IMG/VR virus record: IMGVR_UViG_3300025141_014116
Coordinates: 1-52,578 of that record
Strand: one strand, 5' to 3'
Origin: a virus
Taxonomy: Duplodnaviria > Caudoviricetes
Length of the DNA: 52,578 nucleotides
The notes beneath the pieces were generated by a model. It made no database searches. It worked only from the letters and a program-made list of their open reading frames with translations, and had not been told where the DNA came from. Below, piece by piece: positions 37,614 through 46,261 of the stretch. Made by a program: the position numbers and the translations under genes. Each line of letters opens with the position of its first letter. Position 1 is the first letter of the stretch.

Positions 37614-38296
37614 TTATCTTTAAATACCCTATATCTCTTTCGGAGTTTGTTCAGATTATTAACAACCTGTTTAGTGTTAAGACCGGTGATCTCCCGTAGA
37701 TATAAGTAAATAGCTTTTTTATTGAAAATTTCAATATGATCTGCAGAATCTAAAAGAATACGTACAGCCATCAACACTCGTTTTTCATTTTCTCTTAACA
37801 TAAAAGAGTCCCAAGTATCAATCTCTCCGTATAGAGAAGTCCAAAATTCTTGCTCTGTCCGAACTTGTTCGTAAGTAGGCTCTTGCGATATCAGCTTTTC
37901 ATCGAACTGGCAGAGGATATCCTCCATAAAAACTTCTATGCGGTTGCGCTTTTGGGTCTTTTTTACCTGGTGTATAAACCAATTTTTAGTTACCACACTA
38001 AAATAAGAAAATGCTTTGGACCCCTTTGAGGGATCATACTTATTAAGAATAGTGGTGAGCCAGATTTTACAATCGTCTTTAAGATAGTCAATGTTGGGCA
38101 GCGTTGTAAATTTATATGTATAAATTATTTTATCGACCATCTGGTCGAAGGCCGGCTGAATATATTCTATGTATAGTTTAGTTCGAAGTTCGCGGTCCTC
38201 TGTGTTAGAGTACTTAACTATTGCATCTTCGTGTACTTGGGTGAAATAATGATTTTTATTCCGTTTCTTTCTCTTCTTCTTCGGTAAGGTCATCAA
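37592..38296 (-). CDS. Phage RNA polymerase sigma-factor-like protein (possible late sigma)
   Basis: Region-2-like LNKYDPSKGSKAFSYFSVVTKNWF (cf. sigma70 'kFDp.kG.kFstYa'); C-terminal HTH-like LREITGLNTKQVVNNLNKLR; sits at the head of the structural module. Confidence 0.7.
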   Translation of the reverse strand: MMTLPKKKRKKRNKNHYFTQVHEDAIVKYSNTEDRELRTKLYIEYIQPAFDQMVDKIIYTYKFTTLPNIDYLKDDCKIWLTTILNKYDPSKGSKAFSYFSVVTKNWFIHQVKKTQKRNRIEVFMEDILCQFDEKLISQEPTYEQVRTEQEFWTSLYGEIDTWDSFMLRENEKRVLMAVRILLDSADHIEIFNKKAIYLYLREITGLNTKQVVNNLNKLRKRYRVFKDKWEKGDL

Positions 38297-38585
38297 GTTC
38301 CTCCTCTAACTCTTCATCTAATGTATATTCGAATACATCTCTAAATACCTCAATTTCATTCTGGACTTCATCGATGCGTTGGACCATTTCTTGAATCATT
38401 GGTTCTCCATGATAATTATTCATACTATATAAAGACTTTACAAACACTTGAAAGGCTTTAGTGGTTAGGTGTAGATCTGCCAAAGTTTGCGAAATATACA
38501 GAAACTTTCGCAAAAGACGTGACACATACCACAATAATAGCCCATTTAGGCCCACCGAAAGTGCCAGAGAGAGGTAGGTTATCAT
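38256..38585 (-). CDS. Small membrane-anchored protein with acidic tail
   Basis: N-terminal hydrophobic helix MITYLSLALSVGLNGLLLWYV; C-terminal EELEEELDDLTEEEEKETE; ATGA overlap. Confidence 0.65.
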   Translation of the reverse strand: MITYLSLALSVGLNGLLLWYVSRLLRKFLYISQTLADLHLTTKAFQVFVKSLYSMNNYHGEPMIQEMVQRIDEVQNEIEVFRDVFEYTLDEELEEELDDLTEEEEKETE

Positions 38586-38833
38586 CTCTTTTTCACCAAT
38601 TCCTCTCTCTGACTCCGCAACTCTCGTCGACTCGTTTCAATAAATTCTTCTGTTACATCACCCACTTTCTTCGGTGATGTCTCTTTTTTTGGGGCCGTGG
38701 CAAAAGCTGTTAATACTTTTATCAAGCTATCTGCCCCACTGCACTTTGGACAATCCACCATACTTTCGGTGGAGAGATGAGACAAAGTCATGTGAGCGGT
38801 GCATGCTGAGCACCTATAATTATAGCGTGGCAC
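38582..38833 (-). CDS. FmdB-family zinc-ribbon protein
   Basis: MPRYNYRCSAC...CPKC matches the MPxYxYxCxxC...CPxC pattern; GTG start with GAGGA RBS. Confidence 0.8.
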   Translation of the reverse strand: MPRYNYRCSACTAHMTLSHLSTESMVDCPKCSGADSLIKVLTAFATAPKKETSPKKVGDVTEEFIETSRRELRSQREELVKKR

Positions 38834-38839
38834 TTTCCT

Positions 38840-39025
38840 CTAACGACCCTCAAGTGCGACGAGGCGATTGTGAATGTTCTCGAGGTGCGCTTCCATCTCC
38901 CGTGCTTGTGTACGCAGCGCATTGGCGACGGTATCTTCAACAATCTGACGGACGGCCGCATCGCTGACTGTAAAGGCACCGGTGGATTTACCATTTTTTG
39001 CTGATTTTTTTATATTACGTGGCAT
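38840..39025 (-). CDS. Small hypothetical coiled-coil protein
   Basis: 61 aa with a strong AAGGAG RBS; fills the gap. Confidence 0.6.
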   Translation of the reverse strand: MPRNIKKSAKNGKSTGAFTVSDAAVRQIVEDTVANALRTQAREMEAHLENIHNRLVALEGR

Positions 39026-39093
39026 ATTCTGTTTCTCCTTTCTCTATTTCTATTATTTTTCAAACTTTTATTCGAATCTGTCGAGATGTTCAA

Positions 39094-39285
39094 TTACTCG
39101 TCACTATCGCCATCGGGGGCGCGGACGACGGGAGGGTTGGTAACAATCAACACTGTTCCTTCACCTTCATGTGTAGCTTCCTCAAAAACCATCTCTTTCA
39201 ATGTTGGTACGATATCACTTTGTTCCATCAAAGATTTTTGAAGGGCCATCATAACGGCACCAACCGCTTGATCTGATAAATTCAT
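39094..39285 (-). CDS. Small hypothetical phage protein
   Basis: 63 aa with TAAGGAG RBS 6 nt upstream of ATG. Confidence 0.65.
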   Translation of the reverse strand: MNLSDQAVGAVMMALQKSLMEQSDIVPTLKEMVFEEATHEGEGTVLIVTNPPVVRAPDGDSDE

Positions 39286-39303
39286 CTTTTTCTCCTTATT
39301 TTG

Positions 39304-39372
39304 TGCTTCGCGTATTTACCGCGCGCATATCATCTTGTTATATATTCTATCTGTTTCTCACAGATAATTTAA
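39304..39372 (-). promoter_or_regulatory. Candidate sigma70-type promoter with leader hairpin
   Basis: Minus strand: TTAAAT-17 nt-TAGAAT, then TAACAAGA (also present after both 40-bp repeat promoters), then a CGCG-GTAAATA-CGCG stem-loop before the RBS. Confidence 0.4.
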
Positions 39373-40213
39373 CCTGTTTATTCCACTCCCTAAAATTTTC
39401 TATCACATACTCAGGGTTTGGATGCCATTCGTAGGCAGACAAAAACAAAACAGGGGTATCGAGGGGATTCCAGTTGTCTAAATAACGTAGTTCGTTTTGG
39501 GGCCTCGACCATACAACATGGGGCGCCCCGCATAAGCTCGCTAAGTGCATTGGCCCCGATGAGGGACCGAAGGCGGCCTCACAATTATGCAGAATATCAA
39601 CTAATTCGGTGAGGGGGGCGCCCCTTAAATCATCTGTTCCGGGGAGGACCTGGGCCTCCGCTTGAGATCCCATGCACGCAACGGTGTGCCCCTCTTTTGT
39701 ACATAACTCTAATAATTCCTCCCATTTAGCCATACTCCAGTTATCTTCCTTCCGGATCGAGCGAGTTCGGATATGAAAAATATAATCATATTTCCGCCGT
39801 TGGCAAGAACCATAACGAATATAATCCGGGACGATCGAAGCATTCGCGAGACTCACAGAGTCTTCAAAACTAGTAATACCATCGTTGGGGATACCAATGC
39901 GCCGCGGCAATAAGACACTAGTACCAGGACTTACAAGCAGCTTTTTGTGTTGTGTAAATAAATCTTTTAAGCATCGTTGTATATCACAGCCGCGACGAAA
40001 CCACTGGTCAGACGGGCCTCCAGGTGGTTCGTAATGTAAAATAGAAGAGGCAAAATCTTCATAAAGAAGGCTCGAGGATTCTCGACAAATTATCACCGTT
40101 GTGTCGTAGTGTTTGGCCAATGAGCGCAGATATGCCTGCCACGCAAACAATTCCCATCCAAATTCTCCTACCCACGGCCCAGCAACTAATGTTGATTTAG
40201 GCTGGTCGTTCAT
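39347..40213 (-). CDS. GT-B glycosyltransferase, GT9 (heptosyltransferase)-like
   Basis: GPWVGEFGWEL, NWSMAKWEEL and DLRGAPLTELVDILHNCEAAFGPSSGPMHLASLCGAPHVV (GT9 'DSGpmHlA' motif). Confidence 0.75.
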   Translation of the reverse strand: MNDQPKSTLVAGPWVGEFGWELFAWQAYLRSLAKHYDTTVIICRESSSLLYEDFASSILHYEPPGGPSDQWFRRGCDIQRCLKDLFTQHKKLLVSPGTSVLLPRRIGIPNDGITSFEDSVSLANASIVPDYIRYGSCQRRKYDYIFHIRTRSIRKEDNWSMAKWEELLELCTKEGHTVACMGSQAEAQVLPGTDDLRGAPLTELVDILHNCEAAFGPSSGPMHLASLCGAPHVVWSRPQNELRYLDNWNPLDTPVLFLSAYEWHPNPEYVIENFREWNKQVKLSVRNR

Positions 40214-41048
40214 AGATCTCTCTGAAATCTTCGATTCCCTCTAGATGCTCTATCCATTGAGGCAGTGTGTCTTCTCTATGAAAAAGGCGACCCTGCTCAT
40301 CACCATGGGATTGACCCTTTGCAATATGAAATAAATTGCGATGACCGTACGTTTTAGCACAGTAGTCTAACCAGTAGTCTTCGTCTTCTAACGAAACTCG
40401 TTGATATACATCTCGCATCCACTGAACCTTATGATTTTGGTTATGGTTATATTCAGTCATCCAAAACTCTTCTTTCGCATAAGGATTACATAAGAAAGAG
40501 AGATGATGCATTAGACCTGTGCGTATCTGATTTTGTGGGGGGGATGACCAAACTTGTGTGGGCACAAAATAATCATTATCCTTTTGAATTTTCCACAGGC
40601 GGGGGCGGCCGGTGGATTGATTGAGGTATCGATGAAGATTAATATAGTAGAACCTCTCATTAAACAAGACTGAATCATACTTCGACTCTTCTACTATTTT
40701 TTTCACGTCGTCGATGGTTTCTTTGCTATAAAACTCATCATCATCGAGGAGCCATAGCCAATTTCCGGGTTGAAAATATTCACTTTGTTGGAGCATCTTG
40801 TTCAAAGTCACATTCTTAGTAGTGACATGGTTTCCTTGATGTTCAACAGTAACAAACTTAACCGGATATTCTTTAAAAATCTCTAGAGTTTCATCCTCAT
40901 ATTTGCGCATGTTATCAGTATGTGCCTCCACACATACCAATACTTCATCACACATATATGCAGCCTGCTCCATTACCGGGCGAGCAAAGGGGCCTGAGCC
41001 CCATGCAAATATAAGGCCCGTAATTTTAGCTTTCTTTTCTTCTCTCAT
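40197..41048 (-). CDS. GT-A glycosyltransferase, GT2-like
   Basis: CDEVLVC, KNVTLN, WLWLLDDDEF (DxD motif), RPRLWK, MHHLSF. Confidence 0.7.
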   Translation of the reverse strand: MREEKKAKITGLIFAWGSGPFARPVMEQAAYMCDEVLVCVEAHTDNMRKYEDETLEIFKEYPVKFVTVEHQGNHVTTKNVTLNKMLQQSEYFQPGNWLWLLDDDEFYSKETIDDVKKIVEESKYDSVLFNERFYYINLHRYLNQSTGRPRLWKIQKDNDYFVPTQVWSSPPQNQIRTGLMHHLSFLCNPYAKEEFWMTEYNHNQNHKVQWMRDVYQRVSLEDEDYWLDYCAKTYGHRNLFHIAKGQSHGDEQGRLFHREDTLPQWIEHLEGIEDFREIYERPA

Positions 41049-41070
41049 AAGAATATCCTATTTTAACATA

Positions 41071-41976
41071 TTAAAGCTGGTTTTTCAACCAGTCAATGAA
41101 TTCAATTTGTGCTTTCCAGCCGAGCCGTTGATGAATCTTGTCACAGTTGGCCAATGTTGCAGCTGCTTCGCCGCGGCGAGGGGGCAGAAATTCGCAGGGG
41201 GCATCGATTAATTCAGCAATTTCCAAGATAGAGGTGTTGACTCCGGTACCTACATTAAACAATTCCCCGAAAACCTTCCGATTAGTCGTCTCCAGACATG
41301 CTATATTCGCCTGTACGACGTCTGAGACATGTGTGAAATCACGTCTTTGTCGCCCATTTCCCACGATTGTAAGAGGTTGGTTGTGTTTTTTTTGTTCTAA
41401 AAAGAGGCCTATTACCGGCGCATATTGCCCTTTTAAGGGCTGTCGGGCTCCATATACATTAAAATAACGTAATATTACTGTCTGAAGGCCGAACAAAGCA
41501 GTATACATAGAACACATATCTTCCCCTGCACACTTAGTAACTGAATATGGAGTTAGGCAATCCCGGGGCATCTCCTCTCTCAGCGCCGGAGGGGGCGGGT
41601 TCACAAGGCCATAAGCTGATGAAGTAGACGAATAAACAACTCTATCTACCAGGTGCTCCCGAGCAGCCTGTAGGACGTTACAGGTCCCTAGAACGTTAAC
41701 TTTCGTAGTGGCCCGAGGGTCCCGAATAGAAGGTTGTATACGAGATCTAGCTGCAAGGTGAAACACAGCGTAAACGCCATCAAATAAAGGATATATTTTT
41801 TCGTAATCACAGATATCATAAGCATAGTATTGAGCCTTATCATTGTAATAAAATTTACTATTCGATGTCGCCGATAAATCGTCGATTACTACCACTTCAC
41901 AGCCTTTCTCAATTAACGCATCAGTAATATGGCTTCCGATAAAGCCGCAGCCGCCTGTTACCAAAACTTTATTCAT
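41071..41976 (-). CDS. NAD-dependent NDP-sugar epimerase/dehydratase (GalE/WbpP-like extended SDR)
   Basis: VLVTGGCGFIGSH, VFHLAA, YSSTSSAYG, YSVTK (YxxxK), LRYFNVYG, RDFTHVSDV. Start set at ATG 41976 (MNKVLV). Confidence 0.9.
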   Translation of the reverse strand: MNKVLVTGGCGFIGSHITDALIEKGCEVVVIDDLSATSNSKFYYNDKAQYYAYDICDYEKIYPLFDGVYAVFHLAARSRIQPSIRDPRATTKVNVLGTCNVLQAAREHLVDRVVYSSTSSAYGLVNPPPPALREEMPRDCLTPYSVTKCAGEDMCSMYTALFGLQTVILRYFNVYGARQPLKGQYAPVIGLFLEQKKHNQPLTIVGNGRQRRDFTHVSDVVQANIACLETTNRKVFGELFNVGTGVNTSILEIAELIDAPCEFLPPRRGEAAATLANCDKIHQRLGWKAQIEFIDWLKNQL

Positions 41977-42631
41977 AGATGCAAACATGCTTATGCCACT
42001 CCTTTACCATACCTACGCGAACGCTAACAGCGTGACGATCCGATTCATTGCGAAGAAAGATATGTGTCAACACTTTTTGACTACAGGCAAAAAACGATAG
42101 TAACCCTTGGGGACCGTAAAAATTAGATGCTGCTGCAATCACTGAGAAACTCTCCGCTATAGTCGTCTTATTACGTAGGTCTACATAATTTCGATCGCCA
42201 AGAAGATCCAACGATTCATCATCCGTTCCCACGATTGCTAGAGGAAGGTCTGAAGCAATATGCTTTACATCCCCTAGGTATAGGCGGCGCCACGCTTGAT
42301 TGATGCCCGAACTGAGCTGCACAACGTTATAGGCCTCAGGTAACGTTTTTGCCGCATATGGGGGCAAATCAAATTGAGGGTATGGTTCCCACGTTTCATG
42401 GTCCTCCATGTAACCGTTCACACAGACTTGATCAAGGGGGTCTTTTAGTAGTTCCACGGGAACCTGTGGGTATAAATTATAGATTTCTTGGATTGCGGAA
42501 TATACATGTTGATGTTTTGAGTAGTGCTGTACCCTGGCGATGTTGTCAGTGTTTGCAATGAGCTTTAACACTATCATAAATGCATCGCCTAACGTGCCGC
42601 GGGCGTAAATAGTTTGTTTACTTTTGGTCAT
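41969..42631 (-). CDS. Divergent, short GT9-like glycosyltransferase
   Basis: GTLGDAFM N-terminal motif and VDLRNKTTIAESFSVIAAASNFYG, the GT9 'DL.GKTsl.e...li..a..fig' motif. Confidence 0.6.
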   Translation of the reverse strand: MTKSKQTIYARGTLGDAFMIVLKLIANTDNIARVQHYSKHQHVYSAIQEIYNLYPQVPVELLKDPLDQVCVNGYMEDHETWEPYPQFDLPPYAAKTLPEAYNVVQLSSGINQAWRRLYLGDVKHIASDLPLAIVGTDDESLDLLGDRNYVDLRNKTTIAESFSVIAAASNFYGPQGLLSFFACSQKVLTHIFLRNESDRHAVSVRVGMVKEWHKHVCIYE

Positions 42632-43317
42632 CCATAAATTTTGGCATAATCATGGCGGAGCTGTTCAGAGCCCGTGCGCACGCCGCTGTCAAAAACTCCC
42701 TGGCCGGCATAATGGATTATATGGGAGGCAAACCGATCAGCGCTTTTATTCCATTTCTCGGAAAACATTGTCATATGATTAAATTTATACCCCAAGTCCT
42801 GGATTTCAAAACCATGTTTGTAGATATTATACCCCAAATGTACATCGTCCTGCCCGGCGCCTTTCCAATAGTCATCATTAATGGTTTGATAGATATCCTT
42901 ATGACACTTTGATGTAATAAAAACTCCTGTATTAATATATTGTTCTTTCCAACCAATGGAGCCATATTGTTGCTGAATGGCTGAAATACGATGTAGCCGG
43001 TCGCCGCGGCGCGTTCCTTTGTCTTCCAAAACAGTGCCGATTTTATTATATTCAACCATCTCAAAAATATTTGGACAATCAGGAGTGAGAAGAAGATCGG
43101 TGTCCAAGATGAGGATCCGGTCATATTCTTCATGCAATTCTCCATGCTTAAGAATACGATAGTGGGAGCGGCCATTTCCTTCTTTGCATCCCGACTCATG
43201 ATCCAAAACCATAAAATCAGCCCCGACTCTATCGGCGTATCTTTTGAACAGTGGATGAGTGATATCGGCATCATCTTGAACAGTTGCATCTGCTCTGGTT
43301 GTAATTAATAACTTCAT
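42628..43317 (-). CDS. GT-A glycosyltransferase, GT8/GT34-like
   Basis: YDRILILDTDLLLTPDCPNIF (DxD), YINTGVF, LGYKFNHM, HIIHYAG. Confidence 0.8.
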   Translation of the reverse strand: MKLLITTRADATVQDDADITHPLFKRYADRVGADFMVLDHESGCKEGNGRSHYRILKHGELHEEYDRILILDTDLLLTPDCPNIFEMVEYNKIGTVLEDKGTRRGDRLHRISAIQQQYGSIGWKEQYINTGVFITSKCHKDIYQTINDDYWKGAGQDDVHLGYNIYKHGFEIQDLGYKFNHMTMFSEKWNKSADRFASHIIHYAGQGVFDSGVRTGSEQLRHDYAKIYG

Positions 43318-43991
43318 TGGTACCCAAACTCCTTTTGGTATTTCTCTAAATTTGCGAACAAGGATTCCAAATCTATATCATGCGTTGTAAAAAACCCCTC
43401 ATAGACTGTGTCAACCCTTTCGTGTAATGCAACCTGGCTCGGATCTAGTGTTTTATATCGTGTAGCTTTATGTGAATTTCTATAACGATGGGTAAAGTTT
43501 TTCATTTCTTCCCTGTACTCGATCTCGCAAAAGGTACATACTCCTTGAATGGTTTCGTCAAATTTTAAAATAATATCTTCCATCTTCACTACCAGAAGCT
43601 GAGTAGGGTGACGCTCTTGAAGAAAAGTATAAACTTTATGCATCCATTCTATGTCTTCTAGACACCCCTCATAGGTAGCATCGTCCGATAGGTTGGGCGA
43701 ATCTCCATTAGGCTGGCCGCGATATATTTTAGACAGCGCAGTGTCCCGGAGGTCGCGAATAGTCCACAAGACTTTAAGATCCGGATTCAGTGTTAACAGG
43801 CGATCTGCCATTTCAAGTTGTGGCAAATAGACAGTGTCACATTTGCTCAAATAATTAGATGGAAGCTCGGCTCTGTGGAATACCTGCTTATCTTCTACAA
43901 AGGGTATTGCCTGTAGTTCCGGTGCCCCCCTTAAAATCTCCAGCAGCATGTTGGTGCCCGTACGGCCGCAGCTAAATACTAATACGCTCAT
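43314..43991 (-). CDS. PAPS-dependent sulfotransferase
   Basis: 5'-PSB loop CGRTGTNML, 3'-PB motif IRDLRDTALS, and VKMEDII..F...I..VC.F (cf. 'vrYEDL'). Confidence 0.75.
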   Translation of the reverse strand: MSVLVFSCGRTGTNMLLEILRGAPELQAIPFVEDKQVFHRAELPSNYLSKCDTVYLPQLEMADRLLTLNPDLKVLWTIRDLRDTALSKIYRGQPNGDSPNLSDDATYEGCLEDIEWMHKVYTFLQERHPTQLLVVKMEDIILKFDETIQGVCTFCEIEYREEMKNFTHRYRNSHKATRYKTLDPSQVALHERVDTVYEGFFTTHDIDLESLFANLEKYQKEFGYQ

Positions 43992-44251
43992 GGTTTGTTT
44001 TTTCCATACATCTTGGTTGACCCTTGTTTATATAGTTTTTGTAGGTGACCGGTCTCAATCATGTGGTTAAGTGATTCGTCAATCTCTTGAATAAGATCAT
44101 TTCTATATGAATTCGCCACATTGGTGATCCGACATGCATCAGCTATTTCTTTATCCGTGGCGTTACTTTTTCTTTTAACATCCTCTGCTGTCCAAATTCT
44201 GATGTTGGCGATCGTCAATTTATCCACTAGATTTCCTATTGTATCAGACAT
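43988..44251 (-). CDS. DUF4254/DUF6165-like small helical protein
   Basis: TIGNLVDKLTIANIRIW..ED..R...N..RNDLIQEID pattern; has its own promoter and AAGGA RBS. Confidence 0.6.
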   Translation of the reverse strand: MSDTIGNLVDKLTIANIRIWTAEDVKRKSNATDKEIADACRITNVANSYRNDLIQEIDESLNHMIETGHLQKLYKQGSTKMYGKNKP

Positions 44252-44265
44252 AGTTCTTCCTTTAC

Positions 44266-44305
44266 TCTTGTTACTTTCTATTATATCAGTCTACAAGAGA
44301 AATTA
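44266..44305. repeat. 40-bp dispersed repeat, copy 1 (followed by a 12-bp tandem duplication)
   Basis: tcttgttactttctattatatcagtctacaagagaaatta; 38/40 identical to 51589-51628. The unit caagagaaatta is repeated in tandem (44294-44305, 44306-44317). Confidence 0.9.
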
Positions 44306-44308
44306 CAA
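44280..44308 (-). promoter_or_regulatory. Near-consensus sigma70 promoter with extended -10
   Basis: Minus strand TTGTAA-tttctcttgtagactga (17 nt)-TATAAT, with TGn immediately before the -10; 28 nt upstream of the ATG at 44251. Confidence 0.75.
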
Positions 44309-44336
44309 GAGAAATTACAGTTTTCTCTTTTCTGTT

Positions 44337-45029
44337 TTATTTTTTTCTCTTATAAACGGCATTATACTTAGCCTTCTCTGCTTTGAAGTTTGTCCCGAAG
44401 TTTTCCGTAGTGACCGTAGCGCACATTTCAACATATCGAGAGTACCAAGGATCCGGGATTTTTTCATAACCCCAGGCCCCAAGGTAGGCAGCAAGAGACT
44501 TGTTCTGATTTTTGCTGTTGTGGATTACTTCGGTCTTTATGTACTTGGGTTTAACAAGATCAAAGTCTGTAGTCATTATAATATCATAATCAAGTTTCTC
44601 TACGTCTGTAATTAGTAAATCAAAGTCTTGGCCGGCCATATCATACTTGACCACCAGTTCTAATAATGTCATTGCATCAACAAGGAACTCGTCGGGGCCT
44701 GTGGGGACTGCGCCGCGGACAATACTGCTTTGCTCCCCTGTTTTACCAGTTTGATGGATAAGAACTTTGCCTTCTCTGTCGAGCGGAAATCCTTGATTAC
44801 CGTGATCAAGTCCTAACTCTTTTTTAGGTGGCGGCGCTGGGTCGGGGATGATAGCTATGGGCTCAAAATAACTCCCTGTAAGATTTTCATAACATTTAGT
44901 AAGTTTATCAAAGCACTCCGGGACCGGCTCGACGAAAATCCCATTCCAACCCATCTCGGGGGCAAGCCACCACATCATATCTGACATTGACTTGCCAACG
45001 TTTGCTCCGAGTTGAATAAAATTAATCAT
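44337..45029 (-). CDS. FkbM-family methyltransferase
   Basis: FIQLGANVG, GWNGIFVEPVP, FDLLITDVEKLDYDII, KPKYIKTE. Confidence 0.8.
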   Translation of the reverse strand: MINFIQLGANVGKSMSDMMWWLAPEMGWNGIFVEPVPECFDKLTKCYENLTGSYFEPIAIIPDPAPPPKKELGLDHGNQGFPLDREGKVLIHQTGKTGEQSSIVRGAVPTGPDEFLVDAMTLLELVVKYDMAGQDFDLLITDVEKLDYDIIMTTDFDLVKPKYIKTEVIHNSKNQNKSLAAYLGAWGYEKIPDPWYSRYVEMCATVTTENFGTNFKAEKAKYNAVYKRKK

Positions 45030-46261
45030 TTGCCAATAATCTCGAACTCAGGACATGGAACAATAAACTTGCCACCTCCCTCTAAAAATTCTTCTTCGCG
45101 CTCGACGAACTCTTTAATAAAATGCCAGGGTAACACCAACAAATAGTCTGGCTTGTCTGCACGCATTTCCTTTTCCGATACGATCGGAATATTGGTTCCT
45201 ACTACATATTTGCCAAACTTTTGAGGAGATCTTTCAGCAATTGCTATAATGTCTTCTGTTGTCAGGCCATAATATTGTAACAAGGTGTTTCCCTTCGTTG
45301 AAGCACCATAGCCGTATACTTTTTTCCCCTTCGCGACCTCGGCGCGAATAAAAGAAACTGTTTGTTCCTTCATTGACTCCAACTTTTGAGAAAATTCCTT
45401 CCATACGGCTGGGTCAGAAATGTCCATATGCGCTTTTTCATATGCCAAAAGCGATTCTACTCGAAAGGCACAAACATCACGTAATGGGGTTGTTCCGAAG
45501 GAGGTCTCCTTGGCGCCTTCTTTCTGAACATACACCCGGAAACTCCCTCCATTGGTATCGTTCAATGAACAATCCATAATTTTCAGGCCATGGGCCTCCA
45601 TAAGCTGTTTGATACTGGCAAGAGAATAATAATAAACATGTTCATGGCAAATATTGTCAAAAGCCATCTGTTTTACCATTAAGGGAGTATATGACATCTG
45701 TAGGACCCAAATTCCATCGTCTTCCAAAACTTCTTTCACGTCCTCTATAAAGGGCGCCGGGTCGTCGATATCATAAAACATAGCGATAGTGGTGATAACC
45801 TTACATTTTTTATCTCCATGGCCTGTTCGTTGGTAGGCACGGAGCGAAAAGTAATCTTGTACCACCGAGTCCGCTAGCTGTGAGGAAAACTCAAGAAAGG
45901 AATCTTCGACGGGATCAATTCCCACTTTTGTAAACTCATCGGGTATAAAATTAAACATCGTACCGTCGTTACACGCGATGTCCAACCATACATCGCCGGA
46001 CGAGTATTTAACTCGGCTGGCAGCTTCTTCAGCTATCTCTTTCAATTGATTTGTCATGGAGGCATTTGTCCCAGAGCGGTACCAATAGGTGCCGTACATT
46101 TTATCGGGGTCGACCGCCTGAGTGAGGCGAAGGGCCCCCTTCTTCTCATCTAATATAAGTGTTAGCGGCGCTAACTCCCTCCCTTCGTATTCAACGTCAG
46201 GATCAGCTAAAAAATCCGAAACGTATAAACTTCCTAAGTCTAGTAATATATCAGCCATCAT
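45026..46261 (-). CDS. NDP-hexose C3-methyltransferase (TcaB9/EryBIII/NovU-like) lacking zinc-binding cysteines
   Basis: YWYRSG, LDIACNDG, FDNICHEHVYYYS, NGGSFR, YGASTKGNTLL, PDYLLVLPWHF, GGKFIVPCP. Confidence 0.88.
   Translation of the reverse strand: MMADILLDLGSLYVSDFLADPDVEYEGRELAPLTLILDEKKGALRLTQAVDPDKMYGTYWYRSGTNASMTNQLKEIAEEAASRVKYSSGDVWLDIACNDGTMFNFIPDEFTKVGIDPVEDSFLEFSSQLADSVVQDYFSLRAYQRTGHGDKKCKVITTIAMFYDIDDPAPFIEDVKEVLEDDGIWVLQMSYTPLMVKQMAFDNICHEHVYYYSLASIKQLMEAHGLKIMDCSLNDTNGGSFRVYVQKEGAKETSFGTTPLRDVCAFRVESLLAYEKAHMDISDPAVWKEFSQKLESMKEQTVSFIRAEVAKGKKVYGYGASTKGNTLLQYYGLTTEDIIAIAERSPQKFGKYVVGTNIPIVSEKEMRADKPDYLLVLPWHFIKEFVEREEEFLEGGGKFIVPCPEFEIIGK

Noticed and set aside
38788-38994. 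68-aa minus-strand ORF overlapping two small genes
   Set aside because: Conflicts with 38840..39025 and the FmdB-like gene, both of which have good RBSs.
42771-43289. 172-aa alternative-frame ORF on the minus strand
   Set aside because: Lies wholly inside the GT8-like gene, which has clear motifs; no recognisable domain or RBS.
44266-44320. Repeats considered as a CRISPR array, attachment site or integron attC
   Set aside because: Only two dispersed copies plus one 12-bp tandem unit; no spacers, no attC-like dyad and no integrase or cas gene in the window.
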